Source: Marsupella aquatica (lineage: Eukaryota > Plantae > Marchantiophyta). Taken from it: a stretch of DNA of 64,000 bases. This document shows, in pieces, positions 46,397 to 57,297 of this stretch (its first letter is position 1; each line of letters starts with the position of its first letter). The position numbers and the translations under genes are program-made. The notes below the pieces were generated by a model, which made no database searches, was not told the origin of the DNA, and saw nothing but the letters and a program-made list of their open reading frames with translations. The stretch lies in assembly GCA_973895155.1 (NCBI GenBank), contig OZ316900.1:1-64000 (forward strand), read 5' to 3'.

Positions 46397-47666
46397 AGTA
46401 ATTTTCTAGCTTTTGTCAAACAGAAACGCGAAGCGGGAAAGCTAAAGCAAACCTGCGCTGCGCGACGTTCCAGCCGTTTAAGCCCTGGGACCTCGGTTCT
46501 AGAAGCCGAAGTTCGTTCGTAAAGCCCTTTGCGCTTTTACTGAAACGCTTATTTCACGGAAATTCGAAAAAGATAAGTATTTTTTTACTTTTTATAAACT
46601 TACGCCGCTTTTTCGATTCAAAAAAGATGGTTTTTTCATGGAATAGAAAATGCTGTTTTTTTATCATCTTATTCAAGGGTCGACCAAAGTAATTTATCTA
46701 CTTCTTAGGTCGCCCGCGTCGACGGACATCGGTTTCTGCAATACCTTTGGGATTTTATTATATGATTATTGAATGAAATCAATGGTTTCAAGCAATATGA
46801 TTGTAAAGGCACCTCTGGCGCATTTTAATTAATTCGCCGAAACACGTTCATAGAACGTAAAATACAATTACTTTTACTTCCCTGTACTTGCATACACTAT
46901 ACAAGGATTTCTTTTCCAATATTCACACGTCTAACATAAAAGGTGGTGTTGATTTGGACCTTTTTCTATTCGAAAGACGGTTCGTACTCGAACGTAGTAT
47001 TACAACCCGACGTGGTGACCCACATATTTATTCACAGGTCGGAAACACAACCTTTTTACGTTGTCACCATAAACCTATCCGCCATAAGGGAAACAATTTC
47101 CGCCAGTGAACGAGCCGCCGGAGTCGACTGGGCCTTTGGGAAAAAATAAAAAGTCGCTCTCAAGCTATGGTACAAAGACTGGAATTACGGTGAGCTTCAT
47201 CAACACCGCGGCGAATTAGCTTAGGTGCGTGACCACGCCGAAGGAGATAGTTGCGAATACTAAACACGATTACTCGACTATTGGACAAATCCACCAAGTC
47301 CTCCATTGCCGCGGGGCGGAAATACAGACGAAGCGGATTTTATCGTCTTACAGACCGTCAAGTACTTCGGTACACTGTTGTAACAATTTGACGGTGGGGT
47401 ACGTAAGATTTGATAGCTTCTTCTCTCGAATTTTTTCACCACCCTTGAGCAGCACAACACCTTAAAATTTCAAGGCTATCGTTCATCCCCCTGCCCCTCT
47501 TAGCCTTTTGTAACGGCCTCCCGGCGATTAATCGAAAGGTTAAGGGCGGCATATATGCCGAGGTAGGTCTTTTTCACGGCAGCGTGCACACTTCCACTTT
47601 TTATGTTTAGGGTCGATCAAATCGAGACACTTGACCAGAGGAAAAATTGGTGAAAAGAATTTTAAA

Positions 47667-48314
47667 TCATTTTGCCAGTAAAGTTTGAAAAGTTATTGAG
47701 ACTAGAATGGGATAAAAAAATAGAAACAAAAGTAAATATCCTATTAATGAAATAACATGGAACCATTCTGTTTCGATAGAAGTACAAAAAACGATTGAGG
47801 GCGATAAAGTGGGTAAGGTTGTTAGATTTTGCAAGCTGTTCCAACCATTGGATGTGATTCCAAGAGCCAAACGAGAATGAATACCACACATAAGAGTAAA
47901 TATCTGGCTTCCTATAATAATAGTGAACCAATTCATTTTGGATTGATCAAATTGGTACAGAAGTTGTAACACGGGAAAACTACAGAAAACACCACTTATT
48001 TGAAGAACCCAGTGACCATACAATTTAGAAAGTAGGATTTTTTGCAAACAATAACCGCTTAAATAATACAATTCGAGTGTACCGTCTTCAAAATCATTTT
48101 GAAAAAAACGTTCAGAGAGAAAGGCAAACAACAAACAAATCCAAATTAAACCTAAATGAGAATGACATAAGAAATCTTTGGAAAAGCCTATCGTTAAAGG
48201 CATGGCTACGATATACAACGGAGATGGAGAAAAAGTCGTTATTAGTATAGAGAAATTGAGTGAAATATGTTGATAAAACAGTTTCATAAAGATTTTCAAG
48301 GCACGTAGCGCCAT
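47667..48314 (-). CDS. ccmB: Cytochrome c maturation CcmB (215 aa)
   Basis: KDFLCHSHLGLIWICLLF…DFEDGTLELYYLS…QNLTTLPTL. Confidence 0.93.
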   Translation of the reverse strand: MALRALKIFMKLFYQHISLNFSILITTFSPSPLYIVAMPLTIGFSKDFLCHSHLGLIWICLLFAFLSERFFQNDFEDGTLELYYLSGYCLQKILLSKLYGHWVLQISGVFCSFPVLQLLYQFDQSKMNWFTIIIGSQIFTLMCGIHSRLALGITSNGWNSLQNLTTLPTLSPSIVFCTSIETEWFHVISLIGYLLLFLFFYPILVSITFQTLLAK

Positions 48315-48822
48315 CGAGAGAAGTTCCTTTTTTTTTAGTTTTTGGATCCAAATATATATATATTTTTTTTCGTGGAGTTACGCCGCGAATGGACTAAATA
48401 CGGGGGAGGCCCAGAAAATGCGTTGAGGCCAAAGATGGAGAACGCGTTTTCAAGAGTCTCGTTCCCTTCTCTAACCCGCTCCCCCATCGTCAAGGGAAAC
48501 AGCCGGTAAAGATGCGTAGTCAAGTGTAGTCGCCGAGGGGGAGACAGTAAGCAGTGACGAGCTACGAAAAAAAATATATATATTTTTTTTACATTGTAAT
48601 ATTTTGGGCTTTAGCTCCCGATCAAAGCGAGAGGCACGTAGTGCTCGACCCGAACCTTCGGCCCGTAGGGCTGCAACACCTCCTATGGCGGCGGAGTCTT
48701 TGCCAATCTACGGGATTTCCGGGCTTACCCGTGGCTGACGACGACGCTGGCCGGAGCACAGCAGAGACAAGTTTTTTTCGATTCGCTAATCGAGCAGGAC
48801 AAAGTAACAGCGTTTGATTCTT

Positions 48823-49536
48823 TCAAAGCCCTTTTACTTTCACCTTTGGCCTCTGCGATCTCTTCGCAAGAATGACTGTTTTCACAATCAAATTACAGAA
48901 TAAGTATACAAACTTTATAGAATCATCATTCACTGGAACGGGATAAGTTATTAATTTATGTAATCTGTTTGGAATATTAGAATCCACCAAAGCTACAATA
49001 GGTATTTGTAATTGATTAGCTTCAAGTATAGCCATGGAATTTTGATTTGCATTTATTATTACTAAACAATCCGGAATATTGTGTGTCACGATTCCTTCAA
49101 AACATTTTTGCATCTTCCTAAAACGTGGGAAATAATCGAAAGGCGAAGATGTAAAAGCGTCTTTCAAATTGGGATGTGCAGAGAAATCTCGAAAGTGTTT
49201 TTGTACTCTTCTCATATGTTTCCAATTGGTCAAAAAACCCCCAATCCATTTATGATTGATATAGCTCTGATTGGTTCTTTTTGCCACTCGTTGAATTATT
49301 CTATTATATTCCGGATTGGTATTTACCAATAATAAATGGCCTTTTGCACCAATGATAGATCCAATCAAATTACAAGCCCTTCGTAAACAAATAAGTGTTT
49401 TTTCTAAATCAATAATAGCCATTTCATTTCTAAATCCGTATGAATATCCCCGAAAATCAGGAGTTGGTATCCGATGGCCCAGATATGCGTTTGTACTCAG
49501 TAATTTTTGAATGACCAACAAATTAGAATTGCACAT
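48823..49536 (-). CDS. rps2: Ribosomal protein S2 (237 aa)
   Basis: MCNSNLLVIQKLLSTNAYLGH…IIDLEKT…KWIGGFLTNW…EANQLQIPIVALVDSN…YPVPVNDDS. The longer ORF extension runs through trnF and is ignored. Confidence 0.96.
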   Translation of the reverse strand: MCNSNLLVIQKLLSTNAYLGHRIPTPDFRGYSYGFRNEMAIIDLEKTLICLRRACNLIGSIIGAKGHLLLVNTNPEYNRIIQRVAKRTNQSYINHKWIGGFLTNWKHMRRVQKHFRDFSAHPNLKDAFTSSPFDYFPRFRKMQKCFEGIVTHNIPDCLVIINANQNSMAILEANQLQIPIVALVDSNIPNRLHKLITYPVPVNDDSIKFVYLFCNLIVKTVILAKRSQRPKVKVKGL

Positions 49537-49554
49537 AGTTCCTTTTTCCTTTTC

Positions 49555-49628
49555 GTTTAGATAGCTCAGGTGGTTAGAGCAAAGGACTGAAAATCCTTGT
49601 GTCAGTGGTTCGAATCCACTTCTAAACA
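49555..49628 (+). tRNA. trnF: tRNA-Phe(GAA)
   Basis: GTTTAGATAGCTCAGGTGGTTAGAGCAAAGGACTGAAAATCCTTGTGTCAGTGGTTCGAATCCACTTCTAAACA. Confidence 0.96.
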
Positions 49629-51095
49629 CAATAAATAAGGGTCGGGTGGGACGGCGGCCCCCCCCGTTATCGGATGTAGGGCCGGGGGCCACCGCCCGCT
49701 CGGGCGAATGGCACTAGGGATCGCGGCGGCGGGGCTCCACACACCATCGTAGCCCCGTATAAATAATAAATCTCGAACGCCGTTCACCCCTACCCCTGGA
49801 ATGAACGTTCGTCGAACCTCGGATACTTTATTACCTCGCTCCCGGTATATGAAGTTGTTTACAAAACGCTTCCCAGAAATAGGCTTTAATGAGCCAGTCC
49901 TCAGACATTAACGCTCATATGCTGGGTACGAAGGCGTCTACTGGGGCGGCGGGCCCGGCGGCGGCCTGGAGCATAACTAATAAAGGATGAGGCGCTTGGT
50001 ACTTTGTGTTTGCTTTTTGGGAAAAAGTGACGAATTCGAACGATCACGTTTAGCTCAATCGTACATTTTGGCAATCAAATGGTACATTTTTGCAATAATA
50101 AATGGCAGAGGTAGAAGGCAACGACGGGTGAACGATTTATCGCAAAAATGTACCATTTCTCGTCTACCTCAGTGTCGCAAGAGGTGAACCCATTTTCCTT
50201 ACCCTTCTCCCTCGCCATCTCTGGTAACCGAATATACCAGCAGAAACTCACAAAATTTTTGAACCTTTTCTCACCACGAAAATCGTGAAGGAAAAGAAAA
50301 AGGGTCAGGTTCTTATCAGAATTACTGGAAATTATGCATCTACAATTGGGTTTAGTAATGAGCATCAAAATGATGAAGAGGAGGATGATAATGCCCATAT
50401 CATGATTATTCCCAACGATGTATTTATCATTGGAAATAGTAATGGTCATAGAAATTGTAGAAGAATGATCAAGATGATCATAATTAAATTACAATCATCG
50501 TGATTATGATTATCAACACAGGGATTAAGATTCATATATATATATATACAGCAGATATATCCTTTCAATATCCTTGATCATCATTATGACGATCGGAGAG
50601 ATCATCATAATTAACCCCGTCCTCGTGGTGACTTCTCTACCATTCAGATAATGAATGACCTTATTTGGTGGATTACTGATTCTACTGGATAGTAATAATA
50701 ATAATGTTGATGTCTATCCATCGACTCGATTCTTACTTCATTCGGATCATTCATATATGTATATGATCAAACCATATACATATTTTCTGCTGTAACTCCC
50801 TTTATCCGGATCACCGGATTGAGATGAGAGATTCACAAAGAGAGGCTTGTATCTCATTGTTCTCAGTTACCCCCCCCCCTATTTATTCCCTGTTTAAACC
50901 ATCACGGCCGGGCTTATTCCGTCATATACTTCATTACCCATATTTTTCTATTTCCCACCAATATATTTTTTTGCCGCTGGCTGCTTGTTGTTCTCACCGT
51001 CTACGTTGCATACGGTGGGTAAGCTTAAAGGTTAGTCGAGATCTTTGTACTCAGTAGGTAATAGGTTAGTTACAGGAACAATAGAATCGTGAAGT

Positions 51096-51166
51096 AGGCT
51101 AAGGACGGATTCGAACCATCTTTATAGGATTTGCAATCCAATACATTACCTTTATGTTACTTAGCC
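51096..51166 (-). tRNA. trnC: tRNA-Cys(GCA)
   Basis: GGCTAAGTAACATAAAGGTAATGTATTGGATTGCAAATCCTATAAAGATGGTTCGAATCCGTCCTTAGCCT. Confidence 0.94.
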
Positions 51167-52603
51167 ATTTCTTATATTTTTTGGACCGGAATAAAAAAGA
51201 ATATGAAGAACAACAAGATTGGCATCAGCCAAAAACGCTTTGTCACAACCATTAATATGACTCAATCGTACCAACGGACTTTTTTTACAACATCATTTTT
51301 TTTTAATACCACCTCGAGAGGAATACAGCAACGTATTCAACTACCGATTGGTATTCATTCGATAACCATCTCTTTCCTTTCATTCAGTTCAACCTTGTGG
51401 AAGGAGCTAAATTTTGTCATATGTGAGTAATGGCCGTTGCTACCTACTTCGTTTTATTGAAGCTGTTGTCGATTCGGAATCCCGGCCGGGGATTCCATAG
51501 TTTTTATTGTATCGAACATTATCAAATGCAATATATGTTCAATAAAATTATTTTCATATTACGTAAAAAATGAAGGGAAACTGCGTAGCACCTCTGCCTA
51601 TAGTCCCGTGCGTGCCATTCAGGTCCCTCTCCCGTAAAGCCAAAGAAGTCTCCTTCGGACCCATGGGCACGTAGTCGGGGAGCAGTATAAGGCCCCGAGG
51701 GGGCCCGTAGACCTTAGGTAGGGAGGGGGCGTGTAGATTGGGTGAAGGCATGTAGTGCTCGACCCGAACGCTTTACGTAATCCTCGCTGCACCTTATTCC
51801 ACGCGGAAACATCGATTTTCACAACATCACGGAACAAGTACGCCCTTTGGTTTTCCATTGTGAATACTAGGGATTTATAACGAGGTGTAGCCAGTCAAAT
51901 AGCCCGACGCTACGTAGTATAACTTCTTTCATGGTTACAGATAAGTATAGCAAGACCGATAGTTCTCTCGGGCTTACTTGGTTATCGTTTCCGTCACGAT
52001 TTATTCCCGTGATTTAGGAGAGTTGACCGACGGCGAGGTCGGGTTTCTAGCTCTTGAATTGATTATGTCTTCAGTCACGGCATTCTTTTCAAATTCGAAA
52101 AGCATGCGGGCACTCTGAGCGGCGGCGCTCAGGTCTAGATAAAAAGTTAAAATTCACTTTGCTTTGGTAGCTTCCGACTTTCTTATTCAGCCTTTATATT
52201 TCTGTTTATATTTACGAATTCAGATGCTAGCCGGTAAGGTGGTCCGTTTATTACGACGAGCCTTGCTTGGTGCTAAGCTGAGAATGAAGCGCATAGAGCC
52301 TACCAAATACTACTATCTGGTAGGAAAGAATTCATTATCTCCACCCAGGCTCTTCCTAATCTATATAAATCTTGAGTATTTCGTGCCTCAGGCATGGTCC
52401 GGCGGGGCCAAAGGTTATCGCTCATATATGGTATTATACATATTATGTCTCTCCCGTTAACCCGACGCCGTCCCCTTCCCCCCCCTTTCGGGCCACAAGG
52501 GTTAGGGTTGATTTTAGTATATCGGGTTGTTCTTAGTTTGGCTGCATTTCGATTGATCAGCCATGAATGGTCATTGTTTTGGCAAAAACAAAAGTAAACG
52601 GTT

Positions 52604-52690
52604 ATGCTAGAAGGTGCAAAATTAATTGGAGCAGGAGCAGCGACCATTGCTTTAGCGGGAGCTGCTGTAGGTATTGGAAACGTTTTTAGT
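52604..52690 (+). CDS. atp9: ATP synthase subunit c, exon 1 (87 nt)
   Basis: [29 protein letters not shown], followed by GTGCG. Confidence 0.97.
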
Positions 52691-55054
52691 GTGCGCCTCG
52701 CCGGAGCGCGTTTGGATCAGCGAAGGTTAACAGATTATCGCACGGCCTTAGCCCTAACCTGTAGCGGGAACAGACCGCAGGGAACCATAGCATGGGTTTC
52801 AGTCGAATCTCGTCGCACGGTGTTCACGAGTGCTTCAGAGTCAAGCGTTACTCCCTCCAACGAAGGAGGCCCAGAGGAAGGCACTAAGGGCCAACTAAAC
52901 CCTTTGTGCAAACAACCCCATGGGGGAAACTGCAGGAAGCAGGAAAAGTCGCTCACTAACCTAAACGACGAGCAAACAACCAAACGTGAAAGCAAGGGAT
53001 CACCCCAATGGACCCCGAAAAGGTTAGCACCTAGGTGCCAAACCCCGGAGGACCAAGGTATATCCAAAAATGTAATGGGTGACAGATCAGTCATAAGTAC
53101 TCCGAGGGATACACTGGGCAAACCAAGTTGCGTATACGACGATGCCCGTAATGTGAAAGACTCTGAGGGAAGGACTGTAGATGGTAATGTGCCACCACAG
53201 AAAGGCGCGGAAAAAACTTTTTTATGTCAAACAGCCCGCAGGCACGTAGTGCGAAGACAGAGGGAGAGGGTCGACCAACAGGAGAGGACGGGAAATCGGA
53301 GACTGGGAAAAGCTGAAATATTTTTTTTTGGGAGTGTAGCGGAACCGGCGGAAGCAACTACTAAAACTAAGGCCAATAGAGGTGAGTTTAGACCAGTGAC
53401 GCCTCCCGCGCTCGGTCGCGTCTTCTATGAAGACATTTACAATATAGACAACCTTAGGGCTGGCTATAAAAGGCTAAAAGGAAATGTAGCCCCGGGAATC
53501 GACGGTAGAACTAAAGCGGACATGACCGACAAGGCCCTTGAAGAACTATCCAAAGAGTTGAGAAGGCAGGCATATGCCCCAAAACCCGCCAAACGGATAA
53601 TGATTCCTAAACCAGATGGCGGCAGTAGGCCCCTTTCTATTGCTTCGACGGTCGACAAAGTTGTGCAATCCACTTTAAAAGGACTCATGGAACCGCACTT
53701 TGAGTCGCTTTTCAGAGACTCAAGCCACGGGTTCCGCCCTGGGAGAAGCTGTCACGAAGCCCTGCGAACCCTACGTTACTCGTGGACGGCACCGACTTGG
53801 CTTGTACAAATTGATATTAAGAAAGACTTTGACAAGATTCATCACGACCTGCTTATTAAGGAGATGGGATCAGTACTGCGATCTAAAGCACTACAGGATC
53901 TTATGCGAAAGCTACTTAACGCAGGATACATAGATGTATATAACCTTACGGATCGAGCGGGATACAACACAGAGGGCGTTCCGCAGGGCTCTATACTATC
54001 CCCGCTTTGTACCAATATCTTCCTACATAAGTTGGATTGCTACGTCGAAGACATACTCGTACCCAAATACAATGTAGCGAATATGCGCCTCGCGTCGGCA
54101 GAATATAGTAGGAAAAGGCTTGATATCCATTCAAAATACAAAGCCTTCTCCGAGTACTATACAGAATTGGGGCAGGCCATCAAAAACATCGAACACCTAG
54201 AATGGATGAACCGCGAGCAACAAAAGAAATATATTTTCGTAAAAAAAAAAGATTTTTTTGTAAATTTCTTCTTCTTCCGAAACCCTAAAGTTTCGTGCCC
54301 TTTGGGCCGAAAGACGCTTCCAGAAATGGCTGAGAAAGAAGGATTAGAAAGACTTAAGTACCTACGGTACGCGGATAACATAATTCTAGGTGTTATGGGC
54401 ACCAAACGAGATGCCCTAGATATTATAAAAGCCGTGCAAAACTTCCTGCAGGAAGAACTGGAGTTGGACATAAACGAACATAAAATCTTACACGCAAAGT
54501 CCGGGATGGCCAAATACTTGGGCGCATTAGTAATATATTACGGCACCCGAAGTGTGGAAATCTCAAGCACTGGCAAGATATCCGGTGTCAACCAAGTAAG
54601 ACTCCGATCTCGTCCACAACTAATTGCTCCCATAACGGACTTAATAACCAAAGCCTTGGAACTTGGATACGCGAGAAAAAACGCCAAGGGCTTAGCTCGG
54701 GCAACCTCCAATCCACGATTGGCTTCCTCGGAGGACAAACACATTGTTACCCACTTCTCATCGGTGATACGCGGCATTGTTAACTACTATTCATTCGTGA
54801 ACAAGCGCTCTTCCCTGTGGAAAGTTGTGTCCATCTATAAGAAGTCCTGCGCGCTAACCTTGGCCAGAAAACACGGCTTACGGTCAGCCAGGGCTGCTTT
54901 ACCCAAATTTGGTCCGAACCTGCGGATCACAGAAAAAGGCAAGGAGGTTGCGTCACTATACTACCCCACCTCTCCAAAAACTACGGGGAAATTCCATGCT
55001 ACTAGGTTCAGTCAGGTTACTATACTCGAGGAAGCATATTATGGAGTCAGGTGA
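52604..55054 (+). CDS. Intron-encoded RT/maturase, in frame with atp9 exon 1 (816 aa fusion)
   Basis: [63 protein letters not shown], and domain X ([10 protein letters not shown]…[11 protein letters not shown]). Confidence 0.93.
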
Positions 55055-55643
55055 CTACTATATTCGAGGAACCCCGTGATGGAGTGGCGTGGATGGAGCG
55101 GGCACCTACTCACTCACAACGATAGGCTCTTCTATCTATCCAGCGCCTCCTCCGACAATAAAAAATCTGTTTAGGTCCTCCGCTGGTCGAGTGTCTCGCT
55201 CTGGTCGACCTTACCTCTCTGGTCTTCGCGCCTCTCCTCTCTTTCCTCTAGCACTCGTGCATGGAAATCTACGAGCCATTTCCAGTCTGCGAACCCCTCC
55301 TTATCAGCTAGGCTAGTTTAAATTTTTTTTCCTTCGTATCACTCGGGACGACTTTTTCGAAATATCCCGGTCTCGGCGCTCTTGCTGGGGCAACCATAGC
55401 CAAATTGAGAAAGCGGATCACGCTATGCCTACAATGACTTAGTTAGGAGGAGGTAATGACTTAGTTAGGAGGAGGTGCAGGGGGGTAGTCGCGGGCGGCG
55501 GCGCCCCCCCCCCCCCGTCTAAGGAGGGCTAGTAGCGCTTATACGGCCAAGCTACAGAAGCTGTAGAAATTGCCATGGACGAGCCACATGCGGGGAAACT
55601 CGCACGTGTGGTTCTGACCGGGGGGTAAGAACCCTATCGGTAT
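52691..55643 (+). mobile_element. Group II intron atp9i87g2 carrying a maturase ORF
   Basis: GTGCG 5' end; domain V GAGCCACATGCGGGGAAACTCGCACGTGTGGTTC at 55581..55614; ends CCCTATCGGTAT. Confidence 0.95.
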
Positions 55644-55781
55644 TCTTTGATTCATTCTGTTGCGCGAAATCCATCATTGGCTAAGCAATTATTTGGTTAT
55701 GCTATTTCAGGTTTTGCTCCAACTGAAGCTATTGCTTTGTTTGCCTTAATGATGGCATTTTCAATATTATTCGTCTTTCAA
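55644..55781 (+). CDS. atp9: ATP synthase subunit c, exon 2 (CAA edited to UAA as stop)
   Basis: [21 protein letters not shown](S)GFA(P)[13 protein letters not shown](S)ILFVF then CAA at the conserved stop position; total 225 nt = 74 aa + stop. Confidence 0.93.
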
Positions 55782-56115
55782 TGTGCTGCAAATATTTCTT
55801 CTTTTCTTTCTGATTCCCTAAAACGAGCACCTCAGGGCTCGAACGTTTCGTACGTTCGAGCCCTTCCCTCGCCGCGCGCGCGTGAAAGAGCTAAAGAAAG
55901 AGAAACAAGGGGTATTTATTTGACCTTTGCATCCGCTTAGACAATAGGGCCCCCAGGCTTCAGCTCGCGGCACCTAGAAGGCTTTGACTTACCACCCCGG
56001 TCGGGGAGCGAGAAACGTAAAAGGAAATAAATCTTTTTTACATATATTTTTATGCTTACTTTTACAGGGTTCAAGGGAGATTTCATTTGGCTTGTCGAAC
56101 CCGTAAAGCCAAGGA

Positions 56116-56162
56116 AATCTACAAGCCATTTCCGGCCGAAGGCCGGAAATGGCTTGTAGATT
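56116..56162. repeat. Perfect palindrome (22-bp stem, GAA loop); the complete form of the dispersed GAAATGGCT repeat family
   Basis: aatctacaagccatttccggcc gaa ggccggaaatggcttgtagatt. Confidence 0.95.
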
Positions 56163-56338
56163 CTTCGGACGGACTCGACGGGGGGAGGCACGTAGTGCGA
56201 AAACCTGAAGGATAGGTGCATAGCACTCGACCAGACGATTGGAGGAGCGGGGCGCCTCTTTTTCGTTTGGTTTTCTACTCTACATAGCGCCGCGAGTGGG
56301 CGGCTTAATTTGCTATGTTAGTGAGCATAGCGAATCCA

Positions 56339-56412
56339 GGGCTTATAGTTTAATTGGTTCAAACGCACCGCTCATAACGGTGATATTGTAGGTTCGAGTC
56401 CTACTAAGCCCA
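56339..56412 (+). tRNA. trnI: tRNA with CAU anticodon, sequence type of plant mitochondrial tRNA-Ile (lysidine)
   Basis: GGGCTTATAGTTTAATTGGTTCAAACGCACCGCTCATAACGGTGATATTGTAGGTTCGAGTCCTACTAAGCCCA. Ile versus Met is assigned from recalled sequence type. Confidence 0.85.
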
Positions 56413-57224
56413 TATTCCATAAGACCAGAGTAATGACCGTTGGGCTGAAGGACGGTACAAGGATGCATATTACATTTCGCGCTAGATTGACATAATAGTA
56501 GATCCATTACGAACCACCCGCGGCGGCTTGGCAGCTGGGTGATGTGTTGAAGTTGATTCCGAACTTTGCTATAATATTGTTTTTGGGAGAAGCGAATGAA
56601 GGCCGTAGGGGGGAGGGAGGAAAGAAACGGGAAAAGCGCATGGCGCTGCGACCACCGAGAGGCTGGAGGCCTGCGTCGTACAGTAATTGTCCACACAGCA
56701 CTAAAAAAAATATATATCTCTTTCTCCCATTCTCTCAAAAACTGGAAAAGGGCCCCGCCTGTCAAACGTAACGAAGTAAAAAAACTGACAAAAAGGAAGA
56801 ACTGATGAGAAAATAGAGAAACTGACGGGACACTAGCCGAAATGGCTGAGGAAGAACTGCATTACGAAGAACCCTCTCAGCCGGCGAAGTGCGCGGAAAT
56901 CTACAAGCCATTTCTGGTCCCCGGCTCCTCGTCCGGACCCAGTTCTAAGCTATCTCTCGACCACTTTGATTGGTAAAGCGGTCAACAGATAGCTGTGACC
57001 AAATATCTGATGGTGGCTCTCCCCACTTCGTTCTCTCGCTTATCCTAGTTTTTCTGTTTCCCAGTTCCAAAATATGGGAAGAAAAAAATATATCTATTGT
57101 TTTATCTATCGCTACGCGGTGGATGAATCGCTATACGCTCTGTTCATGGCTCGCATTCCAGGTCAGAATTTTTTTTCACTGTTGTCCAATTAAGGAATTG
57201 AGATTATCATAATGAAGAATCTAC

Positions 57225-57297
57225 GGGTGTATAGCTCAGTTGGTAGAGCAATAGGCTTTTAACTTGAAGGTCGCAGGTTCGAGTCCTGCTATACCCA
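57225..57297 (+). tRNA. trnK: tRNA-Lys(UUU)
   Basis: GGGTGTATAGCTCAGTTGGTAGAGCAATAGGCTTTTAACTTGAAGGTCGCAGGTTCGAGTCCTGCTATACCCA. Confidence 0.93.

Noticed and set aside
49537-49692. N-terminal extension of rps2
   Set aside because: It runs antisense through trnF; the homologous start is ATG 49536.
55433-55476. 2 x 22-bp tandem duplication in the atp9 intron
   Set aside because: An ordinary slippage duplication in a variable intron loop.
55647-55940. 97-aa ORF as a separate gene
   Set aside because: It is atp9 exon 2 reading through the unedited CAA stop.
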